This document shows, piece by piece, positions 62,280 through 64,000 of a DNA stretch of 64,000 nucleotides. The stretch is from Paraphysomonas bandaiensis (lineage: Eukaryota; Protista; Chrysophyceae), in contig CBFFRP010000263.1 of assembly GCA_965644295.1 (NCBI GenBank), positions 372,001 through 436,000 of the forward strand, in the 5' to 3' direction. The position numbers and the translations under genes are program-made. The notes under the pieces were generated by a model. That model saw only the letters and a program-made list of their open reading frames with translations. It had not been told where the DNA came from and did not search any database. Numbering within the stretch: the first letter of the stretch is position 1; every line of letters starts with the position of its first letter.

Positions 62280-62559
62280 GGTCCAACAATGCTACATAAT
62301 GTTGCTATATATTGCTATATAGTAACATCGTTAATCACTAGCTAAATACTTGCCTGGACTCTATTTATAGGTCTCTTTTCATTAATATCAAACCCACTGC
62401 GCAGACAGGTGCTTCAGACAGCGGTATTGAGGTTGCTTGTTAAATCGTCTCGCTTCAGTTGCCTTTTATCAACAATCAAACCCTGTGCTGTTAAGTTTTG
62501 CTGTTTGTAAGTTAAGAATTCATTTAAATTATATCCGTCACTCAAAGAATGCCGTAATG

Positions 62560-62712
62560 GTTAACTGTAGTGTGAGAACGAATATAACATGATAGTACTA
62601 CTATAGTATTGTAAGGGGAATATATTGAAGCTATTACGCAGAATGACTGGTGGTTAGGATAACATGAATTTGGTGAATGATATCGATTATAATTTATAAT
62701 TTTCAGCATTGT
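62560..62712 (+). repeat. Diverged LTR fragment related to the 59985-60303 LTR, opposite orientation
   Basis: Shared blocks TGTGAGAA(C/T)GAAT, AATGA.TGGT.GT...AACATGA..TTG.TGAATGATA and GATTATAATTTATAATT(T/C)TCAGC. Confidence 0.7.
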
Positions 62713-62739
62713 ATTAATTTACGCTTTTAGTTAGTGCAA

Positions 62740-63018
62740 TATTGACTGATTGATATTATAGGAGATATAGTAAGTTTATGATGTTGTAGCCCTGTGAGTT
62801 AGGAACCACGTCATTCACCAACATCAACATTCTGTTCTACAAATCATATCTTTAACAGCTACTATATTTTCAGTTTCTTTGTATACTTGTAATAGCTACT
62901 CCTATACTGTAGTCATGTATATTCTGTATTTCATTGCTACATAGAATACAGGATAACTACTAGCGATTGACTTTACCAAACTTCAAGTACGCACGTAGGA
63001 GTTGGTTGTAGTTCAATA
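62740..63018 (-). repeat. Probable 3' LTR (279 bp) with TA...TA termini
   Basis: Starts TATTGA immediately after PPT TGAGTGGGAG (63019-63028) and ends TCAATA at 62740 (6-bp inverted repeat). Confidence 0.65.
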
Positions 63019-63066
63019 CTCCCACTCAATGAACATATCAGAATATACTGTGATGAGCAAGTCTAC

Positions 63067-64000
63067 TTAGTGCGATACCATAGTGTGCACATGCTGATAG
63101 TGCAGCTTCTCGGACAAGGCTTTAGTCATCACGTCTGCTGTCATCTCTGCCGTTGGCACATGATTCAGCCTGACGATACAGCCTCCCACTTGCTCTCGAA
63201 TCCAATGATACTTGATCCGAATATGCTTGGAACGTTTATGATTTACCGGGTTCTGAGCTAGATCAATCGCACTCTTGCTGTCCATATTCAAGATTGTTGG
63301 AGACGCATTCTTACTGAGCTCAAATCCACGAATTCCGAGCTCTGTCATCACCCCTCGTATCCATACAATCTCCTGAATTGCAGCATATGCAGCCATATAT
63401 TCAGCTTCCATAGTCGACGTAGCCACTGTTGGCTGCAGTCTGGACTGCCATGCAATTGGAGCACCCCACAGATATACGATATACCCTGTAGTGGATCTGC
63501 ATGTATCCAGATCTCCGGCCCAATCTGCATCAGAGTACACACATAGAGGGTCTTCATCTGTGAAATTAGGAAATATGATACCTTGATCAACTGTATTTTC
63601 TAAATACAATAAAGTATGCAGAGCAGCTTGACATGCAGCGTACGTGGGTCTTGTGGTGAACCGGGAGAGAAGATTTACTGTATATGCCATGTCTGGTCTA
63701 GTATGCACTGCCAAATACATTAAGGCACCAATAACAGATTGATAGGGAAATGCATCAACGTATTCTCTCTGTTTTCGAGTTTCTTCCTCTTTTGCATCCT
63801 TGGACAACTTTAGGCCAGGTGGTAGAGGTGTGGTTGCCTTGCACCGTCTCTTCTTTTCTGACAACAAGTGATTGAATCTGGCCACAACATCTTTAGCATA
63901 TGCAGACTGATGTAACTTAATCTGGCCATTATGACGCTCAATGGTAAGACCTAAATAATGCTTAAGGTCCCCCATATCTTGCATGGCATATTGAGTCTTA
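63067..64000 (-). CDS. Ty1/copia RT-RNase H C-terminal part (element continues beyond window)
   Basis: MQDMG, TRPDMAY, YSDADWAGD, STMEAEY, HKRSKHI and ADVMTK motifs; frame open to the window edge. Confidence 0.93.
   Translation of the reverse strand, partial: KTQYAMQDMGDLKHYLGLTIERHNGQIKLHQSAYAKDVVARFNHLLSEKKRRCKATTPLPPGLKLSKDAKEEETRKQREYVDAFPYQSVIGALMYLAVHTRPDMAYTVNLLSRFTTRPTYAACQAALHTLLYLENTVDQGIIFPNFTDEDPLCVYSDADWAGDLDTCRSTTGYIVYLWGAPIAWQSRLQPTVATSTMEAEYMAAYAAIQEIVWIRGVMTELGIRGFELSKNASPTILNMDSKSAIDLAQNPVNHKRSKHIRIKYHWIREQVGGCIVRLNHVPTAEMTADVMTKALSEKLHYQHVHTMVSH

Overview
Gene-dense eukaryotic DNA with short GT-AG introns. It is probably from a stramenopile (inferred from the diatom-type copia element, hybrid histidine kinase and Pmp-repeat receptor). 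About 18 host genes are present, mostly in head-to-head pairs: a Pmp-repeat multi-TM receptor, CWC2, CAF-1 p60, HMG-CoA synthase, Mpv17/PMP22, a GT47-like protein, a hybrid histidine kinase, a beta-helix+WWE protein, PX-PH, YIPF, BRO1, a RanBP2-ZnF RING-H2 ligase, PIG-X and several hypotheticals. There is also an initiator tRNA-Met gene, several MITE/TIR elements and four Ty1/copia retrotransposon copies. The standout is an intact, very young 5,098-bp copia element (46251-51348, minus strand) with three unusual features. Its LTRs end in CG...CG rather than TG...CA, with boundaries fixed by a perfect TACAC target-site duplication. It has no tRNA primer-binding site; instead a 15-nt segment is complementary to its own LTR (Tf1-like self-priming signature). 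Its integrase appears to have a D,D,D triad and no HHCC finger. Other copia copies in the window have TG...CA and apparently TA...TA ends. Exon boundaries were read by eye; multi-exon CDS coordinates give the overall span only.
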